A DNA stretch of 64,000 bases from an uncultured Actinomycetes bacterium (GCA_963730285.1 CAVSQY010000014.1:11992-75991), one strand, 5' to 3'. Positions 8,658-18,003 are shown, counted from the first letter of the stretch. The notes: generated by a model from the letters alone, not told the origin. Made by a program: numbers and translations.

Positions 8658-10481
8658 ATGAGGCGTTTGGTCCGAACTTTGGTGACGATTTGGATACTGG
8701 TTGGGATGGTCACTGCCGCCAGCGCCGCGACACCCTCAGTCACCAGAGTCAGCGAGTCGGCCGATCGAACCTTGACCGGCGGTGGGTCGGTCGGGCCCGG
8801 GACCCGGATGGCGGTTTCCGACGATGGTCGCTACGTGGCCTTCGAGTCTTCATCTTCTCTTGATTCCGGCGACACGAACAAGGTCAACGATGTCTATCTA
8901 AAGGACATGCAGACCGGGGCGCTGACCAGAGCGAGCGTCTCGTCAGGAGGGGCATTGGCAAATGGGAGCAGCGGGGGTGACACCGTCGACATCTCCAATG
9001 ACGGCCGATACGTCCTCTTCAGCTCCAATGCCTCCAACCTGGTCACCGGTGACACCAACTCCAGTGGAGACCTGTTCATCTACGACCGCCAGACGGGCAA
9101 CACGGAGAGGATCCTTCGCAGCGACAGTCTCGAGAGCATCAGTTTTGCCCGTCAGGGCTCGCTATCGGGCAACGGCAGATACGTTGCCTTCTCAGGCAGG
9201 GGATACGACGGTGCTTCAGGGTCGAACGATGCGGGGACGTTCGTCTGGGATCGGGTCTCCAAGATGACGGAGCGTGTCACCGATGGCTTCAACTTCACCG
9301 GCCTCAGTGAGACGCAGTTCGCCGCGATATCCGACGACGGTCGCTACGTCGCCTTCGTCACGCCGGAGTTCAACCACGACGGTGATGTGATCCTGTTCGA
9401 TCGCAACACCGACACCTGGGAAGTGGCCAACCCCCGCATCGGAGGAGCGGCCCCGGTTGGCTCGCAGGCCGGGCTATCCATCTCGGGCAACGGCAGATTC
9501 GTGGCCTTTGGCTCGGCCGCCACGAACTACGTGGCCGGAGACACGGCAAACACCAACGATGTGTTCGTATACGACTCCAACACGGACTCCCTGGAGCGGA
9601 TACCGGCCAACGGAAACGCCAACCGCCCCTACCCGGCGCTAAACGATGATGGCCGATACGTAACATTCACGGACTGGACCGACGTCTATGGAGCGGCCAA
9701 CGGCCGGGCCGACGTCGTCTTCTACGACCGTCAGACAGACAATGCCCAGATCCTGTCGCTCAATAGCGATGGGTCCCCGGCCGATCGCAACAGCGGTTCG
9801 TTCAGCAAGGGCGCCATCAGCGGCGATGCGCGATTCATTGCCTTCTCATCCCAATGGAATTTTGAGACGGGGACGCCGGCGGCCACCAACGTCTGGCTCA
9901 CCGATCGGGAGGGGATCACGGCTCCCCCAGGGGAATGCAATCGGTTCAGTGACGTCACTTCCTCAAATGTGTTCCAGACGTCGATCTGCTGGCTTGCCGC
10001 ACAGGGAATCACCTTGGGTTGCAATCCGCCGGCGAACACCAAGTTCTGTCCGAAAGACCCGGTGACCCGTGGTCAGATGGCGGCGTTCCTGGTGCGGGCA
10101 TTGGGGTACACCGACAATGGGGGAGGGAACCTGTTCACCGATGATGACACTTCGGTGTTTGAGAATGCCATCGACAAGTTGGGCACGGCTGGTGTCACTC
10201 TGGGTTGCAATCCGCCGGCGAACACCAAATTCTGTCCGGCCGACAAGGTGACCCGTGGTCAGATGGCGGCGTTCCTGGTGCGTGCCCTGGGGTATACCGA
10301 CAATGGGGGAGGGAACCTGTTCACCGATGATGACACTTCGGTGTTCGAGGCGGCGATCGACAGATTGGGCACGGCTGGTGTCACCAAGGGCTGTAACCCG
10401 CCGGCGAACACCAAGTTCTGCCCGAAGGACCCGGTGACCCGTGAGCAAATGGCAGCCTTCCTGAAACGGGCATTGGGCTGA
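8658..10481 (+). CDS. Secreted PD40/WD40-like beta-propeller repeat protein with three C-terminal SLH (S-layer homology)-like domains
   Basis: Start at MRRLVRTLVTIWILVGMVTAASAATPS (SD ggagg 8 nt upstream; ORF-track start 8547 is upstream of this). Repeated DDGRYVAFxS...SNLV...DTN..DVFxYD blocks x6-7 (TolB/PD40-like). Three repeats of F[ST]D(V/D).......G.T.GCNPPANTKFCP.D.VTRGQMAAFLVRALG match the SLH consensus (FxDV...W...G; F.P...VTR.Q.A.FL). Confidence 0.75.
   Translation: MRRLVRTLVTIWILVGMVTAASAATPSVTRVSESADRTLTGGGSVGPGTRMAVSDDGRYVAFESSSSLDSGDTNKVNDVYLKDMQTGALTRASVSSGGALANGSSGGDTVDISNDGRYVLFSSNASNLVTGDTNSSGDLFIYDRQTGNTERILRSDSLESISFARQGSLSGNGRYVAFSGRGYDGASGSNDAGTFVWDRVSKMTERVTDGFNFTGLSETQFAAISDDGRYVAFVTPEFNHDGDVILFDRNTDTWEVANPRIGGAAPVGSQAGLSISGNGRFVAFGSAATNYVAGDTANTNDVFVYDSNTDSLERIPANGNANRPYPALNDDGRYVTFTDWTDVYGAANGRADVVFYDRQTDNAQILSLNSDGSPADRNSGSFSKGAISGDARFIAFSSQWNFETGTPAATNVWLTDREGITAPPGECNRFSDVTSSNVFQTSICWLAAQGITLGCNPPANTKFCPKDPVTRGQMAAFLVRALGYTDNGGGNLFTDDDTSVFENAIDKLGTAGVTLGCNPPANTKFCPADKVTRGQMAAFLVRALGYTDNGGGNLFTDDDTSVFEAAIDRLGTAGVTKGCNPPANTKFCPKDPVTREQMAAFLKRALG
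9946..10481. repeat. Tandem 186-bp repeat, about 2.9 copies, encoding the SLH-like modules
   Basis: Near-identical blocks (e.g. ggggtacaccgacaatgggggagggaacctgttcaccgatgatgacacttcggtgtt at ~10100 and ~10286). The ORF-track shadow ORFs 10069..10251 and 10255..10437 are 186 nt apart with near-identical translations. Confidence 0.7.
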
Positions 10482-10525
10482 GCACAAGCGGGGAGAGACC
10501 TACCTCCTGGGCTCTCCCCGAGCGG

Positions 10526-11098
10526 CTAGGACCCGTCCTCCCGACGATGCCCGGCTGCCACTTGCTCCAGGTCGGCTTGGTCGAAGGAGTCTGGGTCGAT
10601 GTTGGCGACCCGAACGTCGGTCACGGCCTTGACCGTGGCGGTGGCGTCACCCCCCTCGAGGATGGCCCGCTCGCCGACGATCGCCCCCGGGCCTAGCTCG
10701 GCCACGACCTCACCGTCGATCTCGACCTGGAGCATCCCGTCGAGGATCAGGCACACGGCACATCCGGGTTGGCCCTGCTCGGCCAGGACCGAGCCCGGGT
10801 CGAAACTGGTCAGTTGAGGCCGTCCCGACATCACCAACTTGGACGTCTCCCGCTCGATCTGCGACTCGACACCGCTGGTCAGCGCAGGGTGTTCGAAGTC
10901 GTGCCACGGCGAATGGACGTGGTCGTTGACCTTGGTCCACTCCGTGAAGTCGATCACACCGCTCTTGGCGACAAGCTCGCCATCGGGGCCGTAGATCCAA
11001 TGGCGGGGAAACGGCGAGGCCCCCGCCAACTCGAACTTGGAGGCTCTGTCGGCGGAGATGGTCAACGCCGGAGTGGTCCAGGCCGTGGGCGCCGTCAT
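10526..11098 (-). CDS. Cyclic nucleotide-binding (cNMP) domain protein
   Basis: C-terminal half ...GCAVCLILDGMLQVEIDGEVVAELGPGAIVGERAILEGGDATATVKAVTDVRV matches the cNMP-binding beta-barrel (G.GE.AL motif). Confidence 0.65.
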   Translation of the reverse strand: MTAPTAWTTPALTISADRASKFELAGASPFPRHWIYGPDGELVAKSGVIDFTEWTKVNDHVHSPWHDFEHPALTSGVESQIERETSKLVMSGRPQLTSFDPGSVLAEQGQPGCAVCLILDGMLQVEIDGEVVAELGPGAIVGERAILEGGDATATVKAVTDVRVANIDPDSFDQADLEQVAAGHRREDGS

Positions 11099-11259
11099 CC
11101 TGATGCTCGGGCGAAAGCGAGGGCCGGCCCGTGCACAGCCAGTCCGTCACTTGATCGTGCGACCAGCCCATCTCGGAGGTCACCGTGTGGTAGGAGGCGT
11201 CGTCGTAGACCATCAGGACCATGTCGGAATGCTGGTTCCGTGAAGCACTGGCCAGATGA

Positions 11260-11892
11260 TCAGGAGTCGGGGTTGCTTCGATGTTTGCCCGGGCTCCAGC
11301 GTCCCGAGTCGTATGTCTCAGTGGCGAAGCTGAACGGCTCGTCCTCGAGATCGGTGGCCATGGTGTCGTTCCACCGGTTGAGAAAGCCGAAGAGGGAGAT
11401 GACCGCCATGATCTCCACGATCTCGCCTTCGGTGAAGTGCTCCCGCACAGCCCCGAAATGCTCCGGTGTGGCCATGCTCGGCTGGAGAGAGGCATCGCGC
11501 GCCAGCCGAAGGGCCGCCCGCTCGGCTTCGGAGTAGAGCGGGCTGGTCTCGAACTCCCACACCCTGGCGATCTTCTCGGAATCGACGCCACGCTCACGGG
11601 CGTCCACAGCTTCGTGTGCCTGGCAATACCGGCACCCGGCGGCCTGACTTGAAACGATCGCTATCAACGGCTTCAGTTCGATGGGAAGGGTGCCACTCCG
11701 CCAGATACTGGTGATCAGCTCGGAGAACGCGCGGAGGATCTCGGGTCGTCTCGCCATCGTGTAAAGGCTGTTGGGGACAAAGCTGAGGGTCTCGTCGTAA
11801 TGCCGGAAGAGCTCCTCCAGCTCGGGGAGGTCTTCACGGGGCAGCGGGTCTAGGTTTGCCACGCGTCGACCGGGCTCAGGCGAGCCGCACAT
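11260..11892 (-). CDS. Carboxymuconolactone decarboxylase (CMD/AhpD-like) family protein
   Basis: LKPLIAIVSSQAAGCRYCQAHEAVDARERGVDSEKIARVWEF – AhpD-like Cxx(H)C motif and fold-typical helices; start codon uncertain. Confidence 0.7.
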   Translation of the reverse strand: MCGSPEPGRRVANLDPLPREDLPELEELFRHYDETLSFVPNSLYTMARRPEILRAFSELITSIWRSGTLPIELKPLIAIVSSQAAGCRYCQAHEAVDARERGVDSEKIARVWEFETSPLYSEAERAALRLARDASLQPSMATPEHFGAVREHFTEGEIVEIMAVISLFGFLNRWNDTMATDLEDEPFSFATETYDSGRWSPGKHRSNPDS

Positions 11893-12147
11893 ACACCAGC
11901 AGGTTGGTTGATACCGCGGATGAAGCTGGAGCGGAGCCGTTGCGCCGGGCTTCCCACCTCGGTGTCGATCAGCCGCGGCAGCAGTTTCTCCCTAGGCCCG
12001 AGGCGGAGATACCGACCGCTTCCGAAAGAGAGTTGGTCGGCAGGGGTGGGATGGATGTCGAACAGAAAGGGGTCGGGATAGCGGTCTTCATCGAAGTTGG
12101 CCGAGATGCAGCATATCGGTGGTTGATAACGTACCCGGGTTGCGGAT

Positions 12148-13089
12148 ATGAAACAGCCACCTCGCATCGTTCTCGTTCTCAGTGAGAACTGGACCCTGAT
12201 CGACCCGAGAAACCCGCCCCAGCTTCTCGAGATGGCCCGTGTCGCCGAGGCCACGGGGATCGATACGGTGATGCTGTCCGAGCACCTTGTCCTCGGCGCC
12301 GCGGCAGGAGCCGCCGGGATAATGGGGAATCCGCGTGACTACGCGATGCCGGGCAACCAGGACCCGTCGACGCCTTGGCCGGACTCTCTCGTCCTGGCCG
12401 GGGCGATAGCAGCCGTGACCTCCAGGGTCAGGATCGCGCTGGCTGCGGTCATCGCCCCCTTGCGTCATCCTCTCCTCCTCGCCAAGCAGTTGGCAACGCT
12501 GGATCTGTTGTGTCGGGGCCGTCTCGTCGTGCAGCCGACGGTCAGCTGGCACGAAGACGAGTACGAGGCACTCGGTGTGCCATTCGGAGAGCGAGGCGCA
12601 CGCCTGGACGAGCATCTCGCGTCCTGGAGTCGGGTCTGGGCCGAATCGCCTGCCAGCTTCGCAGGGAGGCACTACCACTTCGAAGGGGTGTATCTCGAAC
12701 CGAAGCCGATGCGACCCGAAGGACCACACATGTGGATAGGTGGGAGCTCGGGACGCCTTGCCGTGATCCGACGGCTGGTCGACTACGGCAGCGGCTTCCA
12801 CCCACTGGGGCAACCAAGCGACGAAGAGCTGAGTCGGGTGCACCAGGCTCTTCGGAAAGCCGGCCGCGACCCCGAGGAATTGGAATGGGTCGGCGGTGTT
12901 CGGGGCCGATTCTCCGACGACCACTCGCCTGCAAATTTGGACGAGGCCCTGGAACAGGTTCCGGTCCAGGTGGCACGTGGCTTCGGTTCGATTTGCGTCA
13001 AGCCGTCTCAGTTCATCGATCGCATCGAAGAGCTGCCACGGTTCTGCGAACAGTTGGTGCAACGATTTGGCGAGTTGGCATCCCAATGA
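12148..13089 (+). CDS. LLM-class (luciferase-like) F420-dependent oxidoreductase
   Basis: 313-aa ORF, IVLVLSENWTLIDP...DTVMLSEHLVLG...GRLVVQPTVSWHEDEY... typical TIM-barrel LLM family. Stop overlaps the next start (ATGA at 13086-13089). Confidence 0.8.
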   Translation: MKQPPRIVLVLSENWTLIDPRNPPQLLEMARVAEATGIDTVMLSEHLVLGAAAGAAGIMGNPRDYAMPGNQDPSTPWPDSLVLAGAIAAVTSRVRIALAAVIAPLRHPLLLAKQLATLDLLCRGRLVVQPTVSWHEDEYEALGVPFGERGARLDEHLASWSRVWAESPASFAGRHYHFEGVYLEPKPMRPEGPHMWIGGSSGRLAVIRRLVDYGSGFHPLGQPSDEELSRVHQALRKAGRDPEELEWVGGVRGRFSDDHSPANLDEALEQVPVQVARGFGSICVKPSQFIDRIEELPRFCEQLVQRFGELASQ

Positions 13090-13871
13090 CGACCGAACGT
13101 GTCGCGGTCGTCACCGGTGGTGGCACCGGCATCGGCGCAGCAACAGCTTCTGTCTTGGCTCAAAGCGGAATGAATGTGATCGTCACCGGTCGACGCAGAG
13201 AGCCGATTGATGCGGTGGCCGAACGCATCGGAGGCGTGGCCATGGTGGCAGATGTCACCGAAGAGGACGACTGGGACCGGGTCATGATGTTCGCTGACAA
13301 GCGGTTCGGCGGAGTGGACGTGCTCGTGGCCAATGCCGGCATAGAGGCTTTCGGCTCGGTCGAAACGGTGACCCTCGACCAATGGCATGCCGTTCAGCAC
13401 ACCAACGTCGACGGCGTTCTGCTCGGGATCCGCGCGGTCGTCCCGGTGATGCGGCGGAGAGGCGGTGGGGCGATCGTGGTCGTCTCTTCTGTTGCCGGGC
13501 TCACCTCGGGGCCTCAGTACGCCGCCTATGTCACATCCAAGACCGCGCTCCTCGGTCTCGTTCGGTCCGCCGCCGTCGACTTGGGTCGCGATGGGATACG
13601 GGTCAACGCCATCTGCCCGGGATGGACTCGGACGGAGATGAGTGAGCGGGAGGCGGAACTGGTTGCCCGAGCAGAGGGGATCACCACAGGGGAACTGTGG
13701 GCGAGACTCGTCGCGCCGCTTCCGCTGGGCCGGGCGGCCGATCCCACGGAGATCGCGGCATGCGTCGCCTTCCTCGCCCGATCCGGGTCCTCCTTCATGA
13801 CGGGCGCCGCCGTCGTCGTCGACGGCGGGGGCTCTGCGGTCGACGTGGGAACGCTCGGCTTCAACCGATAG
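13086..13871 (+). CDS. SDR family oxidoreductase (short-chain dehydrogenase/reductase)
   Basis: MTTERVAVVTGGGTGIGAATA (TGxxxGxG), NAG motif VLVANAGI, catalytic YxxxK (YVTSKTAL). ATGA overlap with the upstream LLM gene. The ORF-track entry 12375..13871 has a spurious Arg-rich N-terminus. Confidence 0.85.
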   Translation: MTTERVAVVTGGGTGIGAATASVLAQSGMNVIVTGRRREPIDAVAERIGGVAMVADVTEEDDWDRVMMFADKRFGGVDVLVANAGIEAFGSVETVTLDQWHAVQHTNVDGVLLGIRAVVPVMRRRGGGAIVVVSSVAGLTSGPQYAAYVTSKTALLGLVRSAAVDLGRDGIRVNAICPGWTRTEMSEREAELVARAEGITTGELWARLVAPLPLGRAADPTEIAACVAFLARSGSSFMTGAAVVVDGGGSAVDVGTLGFNR

Positions 13872-13969
13872 CCTTGAGTCATCGGGTGAGGCGCGGCGGC
13901 GCGGCACTCCCGGCACACGTTCGAGGTGTGGGGTTTGGGACCGGGAGAGCAAACAACTTGAGAAAACGA

Positions 13970-14022
13970 AGTGGGCCCACGTGGACTTGAACCACGGACC
14001 TCATCCTTATCAGGGATGCGCT
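13970..14022 (-). repeat. 53-bp direct repeat = duplicate of the 3' 52 nt of tRNA-Ile (partial tRNA; att-like site)
   Basis: gtgggcccacgtggacttgaaccacggacctcatccttatcagggatgcgctc is identical to 16930-16982 (3' half of the intact tRNA-Ile), then diverges. Confidence 0.7.
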
Positions 14023-14160
14023 CACAGCCGTCATGTATGCCATCTACCAGGGCTTTCGCTCCTGCATAAGTGTCCCGTGTCACATCTGTGGCACACGCCT
14101 CAGTACCAGCGGAGTGAGTTGGAATGTGTCCAGGACGGACGTGTAGTTGACGGGGCAGGT

Positions 14161-14562
14161 TCACGCAGCCGGGGGAGACGGTGACGCTACCTCGATCCCG
14201 GCGGCGGCCGCTGCCGATCGCAGGCGATCGTCATAGACAACCATCCCCGCGAGGTCCTCGCCCAGAGTCGTCGCCGCGGCAAGGTGCAATGCATCGAGTG
14301 ATCGGAGATTTAGGGGTTCGAGCCGTCCGGCTCGGTCGAACACCTCGGCGTCGATCCGGATCACGTCGCTTTCCGCAAGAAGGCGCTCGGCCCGAGCCAT
14401 GGCGCGACCGCCGGCTCGGCCAGCAACACGCCGGAGCTCGGTTCGATGGAGGTCCGAGAGCACCCAGCGTTGGACTCCCAACCAGTGCCGTAGATGCTCG
14501 GTCTCTGCTTCGGGTCGAACGAGCTTCGCCAACGCCGACGTGTCGAGATACCAGATGACCAG
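14161..14562 (-). CDS. vapC: PIN-domain toxin VapC
   Basis: In-frame extension upstream of the track's TTG start reads (L)VIWYLDTSALAKLVRPEAETE... (PIN N-terminal D-T/S motif), later LDALHLAAA and YDDRL. No canonical ATG/GTG; start probably coupled to the antitoxin stop (TAG at 14563-14565 is in the same frame). Confidence 0.65.
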   Translation of the reverse strand: MVIWYLDTSALAKLVRPEAETEHLRHWLGVQRWVLSDLHRTELRRVAGRAGGRAMARAERLLAESDVIRIDAEVFDRAGRLEPLNLRSLDALHLAAATTLGEDLAGMVVYDDRLRSAAAAAGIEVASPSPPAA

Positions 14563-14859
14563 CTAGCGCTCCCCTTCTCGCATCTCTGCCAGGATTTCCG
14601 ACAGCGCGGGTCCCTGATCAGGTGGGATGTCGGCGTCCATTGCGGTAATAGCCTCCTCGAGAGAACGCCCCATGCCTGGTGCTATGCGTCCCTCGGCCAG
14701 CAAACTCTCATAACCCTCGGGTTGCGCAACGGGAGAGATCTTTGCCACCGGGCGACCCCGATCGGTTACCACGAAAGTCTCGCCGGCTTTGACTCTGCCC
14801 AGCCACCGACTGGCGTATCGCCGCAGCTCCCGGATCCCGATCGTGTTCATGTGCGACAT
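14563..14859 (-). CDS. vapB: Type II antitoxin, Phd/YefM-like (VapB partner)
   Basis: MSHMNTIGIRELRRYASRWLGRVKAGETFVVTDRGRPVAKISPV – classic Phd/YefM N-terminal fold signature; immediately upstream of vapC. Confidence 0.65.
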   Translation of the reverse strand: MSHMNTIGIRELRRYASRWLGRVKAGETFVVTDRGRPVAKISPVAQPEGYESLLAEGRIAPGMGRSLEEAITAMDADIPPDQGPALSEILAEMREGER

Positions 14860-15018
14860 AGTAGCACATTGGACCCGGTCGGATGAGCTCGTGTGACGGC
14901 ATCGGCGTCGAAGCCAATAGCCCAAACCTGTGCGTCACTCTGGTTTCGATAGCCCGATCCCAGGACCAAGTCGTCAAGAGTCTTTCAACGTTACGGGTGG
15001 GCTAGAGCCTTGATGACA

Positions 15019-15951
15019 TCACCACCCAGTTTGTCGGGTAAGTGTCTGGTGGTCGGTCAGTGGAGCGGTGACGTAGCTGGACGGTGTTTCAGACACTGAT
15101 GTCAGGATCTCGATCAATGCGGACGTGGCGGGTGGGTCTGGCGGATCACCGTATGTCGCGGCGTAGATGTGGCGGGCGATGCCAGTGAGCTGAGTGGTGT
15201 GGATGCCCGGCGCCCGGTGAGCTTGTAGCGCGAGCCCGTTGAGTATGGCGACGCCCATTCCTGCGGCCACCAGCGACTGGGCGATGACCGTGTCGTCGAA
15301 GGAGTGGACGATGCGCGGTGAGAAACCGGCGCCTTCGCATGCTGTGATCGTGGCGGCTCGACAGTGATCGCATCCGCCCACCCAGGCGGAGTCATGGTGG
15401 TCCTCGAGACGCTGGTGGGGTTTGTCGCTGACGAGGAAGAGAGGGTCATCCAGCAGATGGGTGAGTCGCATGCCTTCCACCTCTTCCAAGGGAATGTCGG
15501 CGTGCCGGAAGATCAAGGCGATGTCGACGTGCCCCGAACGCAGCATCTTCAAGCCCTCGGCCGGGTGGGCATCGACGAGGGTCAACTCGATTCCTGGACT
15601 GGATCTGGCCAGCTCGGTGGCTGCCTTCGTTACGAGGGTGCTGAGGACCGTTTGGAAGCCGGCGAGTCGTACCCGTCCGGCACGAAGTCCGACGTAGGCG
15701 TCCAGCTCGACAGATGCGGCGTTCAGTCGGCCCAGGATCTCTGTCGCCCGCTGCGCCAGGAGCTCCCCTTCGGGGGTGAGTCGGATGCCGCGCCCTACCC
15801 GTTGGATGAGCGTGGCTCCAGTGGCGGCCTGCAGCCGCGCCAGGTGGTGACTGACCGATGGCTGGGAGTAATGCAGCTCCTTGGCTGCTTCGGTCACCGA
15901 CCCGTGACGGGCAACCGCTTCCAACACCTTGAGATGAGTCAAGCTCAGCAT
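15019..15951 (-). CDS. LysR-family transcriptional regulator
   Basis: N-terminal HTH LTHLKVLEAVARHGSVTEAAKELHYSQPSVSHHLARLQ; LysR substrate-binding C-terminal region. Divergent from 16076..16711. Confidence 0.85.
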   Translation of the reverse strand: MLSLTHLKVLEAVARHGSVTEAAKELHYSQPSVSHHLARLQAATGATLIQRVGRGIRLTPEGELLAQRATEILGRLNAASVELDAYVGLRAGRVRLAGFQTVLSTLVTKAATELARSSPGIELTLVDAHPAEGLKMLRSGHVDIALIFRHADIPLEEVEGMRLTHLLDDPLFLVSDKPHQRLEDHHDSAWVGGCDHCRAATITACEGAGFSPRIVHSFDDTVIAQSLVAAGMGVAILNGLALQAHRAPGIHTTQLTGIARHIYAATYGDPPDPPATSALIEILTSVSETPSSYVTAPLTDHQTLTRQTGW

Positions 15952-16075
15952 GTATTGACTTTATCTATGAGTTCCTGGCTGATTTGGCATTGGACATCAT
16001 GAAACTGGGCTCCCATCATCGCTTCATCGAGGAGCTGACCCGAGGAAGTTCCACCAAACAGAAGGAACACCAGCT

Positions 16076-16711
16076 GTGTCACTTGTACGTGTCCACAACT
16101 TCGCAATTTCGCTAGACGGTTTCGGTACAGGCGAGGGTCAGAGCCACGACGCACACTTCGGTCACGCCGGCGAAAGGTTGCACGAATGGATGTTCGCCAC
16201 CCGGTGGTGGGCCCAGTCCGGTGGCACTCGCGGCGTCGACGATGCCTTCGTCCAGCAGCATGATCCGGGGATAGGAGCCGAGATCATGGGTGCGGGGAAG
16301 TTCGGCCACCCCGGATGGCATGAAGACCCGGAATGGAAGGGCGCGTGGGGTCCCAACCCGCCGTTCCACACACCGACCTTCATCCTCACTCATCACACAC
16401 GCCCGTCGATCGAGATGGAGGGCGGCACGACGTACCACTTCATCGACGCTCCGCCTACCGAGGCGCTCGAGACGGCCCGGGAGGCAGCAGGCGGCCGGGA
16501 CGTGCGCATCGGCGGTGGCCCCACCGTCATCCGCGACTTCCTTGCTGCCCGGCTCATCGACCACATGCACGTCGCGGTGGTCCCGATCCTGCTCGGCCGT
16601 GGCGTACGTCTCTGGGACGGACTTGAGGGTCTCGAGAAGGACTACGAGATCGAAGCCACCTCCTCGCCCAGCGGTGTCACGCATGTGACCTTCACCCGTG
16701 CGGGCGTCTGA
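16076..16711 (+). CDS. Dihydrofolate reductase family protein (RibD C-terminal domain-like)
   Basis: MSLVRVHNFAISLDGF...RDVRIGGGPTVIRDFLAARLIDHMHVAVVPILLG – RibD_C/DHFR-like family. Confidence 0.8.
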   Translation: MSLVRVHNFAISLDGFGTGEGQSHDAHFGHAGERLHEWMFATRWWAQSGGTRGVDDAFVQQHDPGIGAEIMGAGKFGHPGWHEDPEWKGAWGPNPPFHTPTFILTHHTRPSIEMEGGTTYHFIDAPPTEALETAREAAGGRDVRIGGGPTVIRDFLAARLIDHMHVAVVPILLGRGVRLWDGLEGLEKDYEIEATSSPSGVTHVTFTRAGV

Positions 16712-16930
16712 ACCAAGCGACGGCTTATCGCCAGGGCAACCAAAGCGCCGGCCGGACTTGTTCGCCAGGTTCCCACCAATCCCACGCCAGACCCAAAGAC
16801 AAGGCCTGCATTGCTTTCTTCGGACTCCCTCGAAGGCCGGGTCAGCCGGTGACTTCGATCGGCTGCTATATGCGATGATGCTGGGATGGGATACGAGATC
16901 ATCCCGGCGACATCTTGCGGCCTCCCAGGT

Positions 16931-17005
16931 TATTGAATTGTGGGCCCACGTGGACTTGAACCACGGACCTCATCCTTATCAGGGATGCGCTCTAACCGGG
17001 CTGAG
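16931..17005 (-). tRNA. tRNA-Ile (anticodon GAT)
   Basis: Reverse complement GGGCCCATAGCTCAGCCCGGTTAGAGCGCATCCCTGATAAGGATGAGGTCCGTGGTTCAAGTCCACGTGGGCCCA; 7-bp acceptor stem, anticodon loop CTGATAA, T-loop TTCAAGT. Confidence 0.85.
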
Positions 17006-17091
17006 CTATGGGCCCCCGACTGGTAGTCAAGGACGAGGAATTGTATTCCCATTGCCGGACTGAGTCGAAGTTGGTTCCGGGACGGGCCTGA

Positions 17092-18003
17092 TCAGGGCGT
17101 GTAGGTGAATTCGAAGTTTGCCTGCCTATCGAACTCGTCGGTGACGTGCACGACGAAGGTGGTGTCGGGCGGAGCCGTCTCGAAGAACACCTTCTTCTCC
17201 CACTGGCCGTTCGCGCCCACCTCCACGGACGTCGACCCGTACTCGGAGGTGATCTGCACCAATGAGCCGGGCTCCCCGGACCCGTAATAGACGTCGAAGG
17301 GCGGGGTCTCCGAACAAGAGCCATATGAGGCGTTGGCGCTGAACTCGGCCGGCTTCTTCTCGGTTGTGCTGGTCGTGGGCTCGGTGGTGGTGGTGGTCGT
17401 TGTCGGGATCGCGTAGTAGACGGTCACCGATGCCTCCGACTCGTTGCCTGCGACGTCCCTGGCAACGAACCGGGCGACGTTCTTTCCCTCAGCCAGCACG
17501 AGGACGATGTGCCATTCGCCCGATTTGGCGACGTCTGCCTCGTACTTGCCGGCGAAGACCCGGGCACCAGGCTCGGTCACCCCGGCGAACGTGATCTTCT
17601 TCTCGGCGAATTCGGCCCCGTTCTCGGGAGACGTGACCTCGAGAAGAGGGGGCTCGGTGTCGCGTGCCTCAGTGGTCGTAGGCGCGACCGGCACGACAAC
17701 TGCAGTGGTCGGCGGGGTCGGCTCGGTCGTGACCGCGTCGGCCTCTGTGGTCGTGGTGACGATGGTGGTGGTCGTGACAGCCGGGATGGTGGTCGTCGGA
17801 GGTGACGTGTCCATCACCAGGGCGACACCGACCGCGGAGCCGAGCATCAGCAAGGCGACCGCCCATGCCGGCCGCAGCACGAAGCCGAGCACCCGCCTGC
17901 GGGTGGTGGATCCGGGAGCCACCGATGACAACTCGGCTGTCTCTATGGCCGCCCTCAACTTGGCCGCAGCCTCGCGACCCCGGGCGTCAAGATCATTCCT
18001 CAT
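17092..18003 (-). CDS. Anti-sigma factor (single TM) with Thr/Pro-rich linker and a two-domain extracytoplasmic module
   Basis: Cytoplasmic MRNDLDARGREAAAKLRAAIETAEL, TM VLGFVLRPAWAVALLMLGSAVGVALV, then TTTTxPT linker and two domains (Ig-like; then ...YGSCSETPPFDVYYGSGEPGS...DEFDRQANFEFTYT). Start overlaps the ECF sigma stop by ~11 nt; ORF-track start 18048 is probably too early. Confidence 0.65.
   Translation of the reverse strand: MRNDLDARGREAAAKLRAAIETAELSSVAPGSTTRRRVLGFVLRPAWAVALLMLGSAVGVALVMDTSPPTTTIPAVTTTTIVTTTTEADAVTTEPTPPTTAVVVPVAPTTTEARDTEPPLLEVTSPENGAEFAEKKITFAGVTEPGARVFAGKYEADVAKSGEWHIVLVLAEGKNVARFVARDVAGNESEASVTVYYAIPTTTTTTTEPTTSTTEKKPAEFSANASYGSCSETPPFDVYYGSGEPGSLVQITSEYGSTSVEVGANGQWEKKVFFETAPPDTTFVVHVTDEFDRQANFEFTYTP

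Larger units (their letters stand above)
14023..16930. mobile_element. 2.9-kb islet delimited by tRNA-Ile and its 3'-half direct repeat; probable remnant of a tRNA-integrated element (no integrase present)
   Basis: Geometry fits 3'-end tRNA integration: intact tRNA (- strand) at 16931-17005, partial copy at the distal end. Cargo: VapBC TA pair, LysR regulator, DHFR-family reductase. Confidence 0.4.

Noticed and set aside
10069-10437. Two near-identical 60-aa + strand ORFs (10069-10251, 10255-10437)
   Set aside because: Out-of-frame readings of the 186-bp tandem repeat within the SLH-domain gene; not independent genes.
10710-11597. 295-aa reverse ORF and 255-aa + ORF (10769-11536)
   Set aside because: Arg/Ser/Pro-rich overlapping frames of the cNMP-binding and CMD-family genes.
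12375-13085. N-terminal 237 aa of the 498-aa ORF 12375..13871
   Set aside because: Arg-rich, overlaps the well-supported LLM oxidoreductase in another frame; the SDR clearly starts at ATG 13086 with an ATGA overlap.
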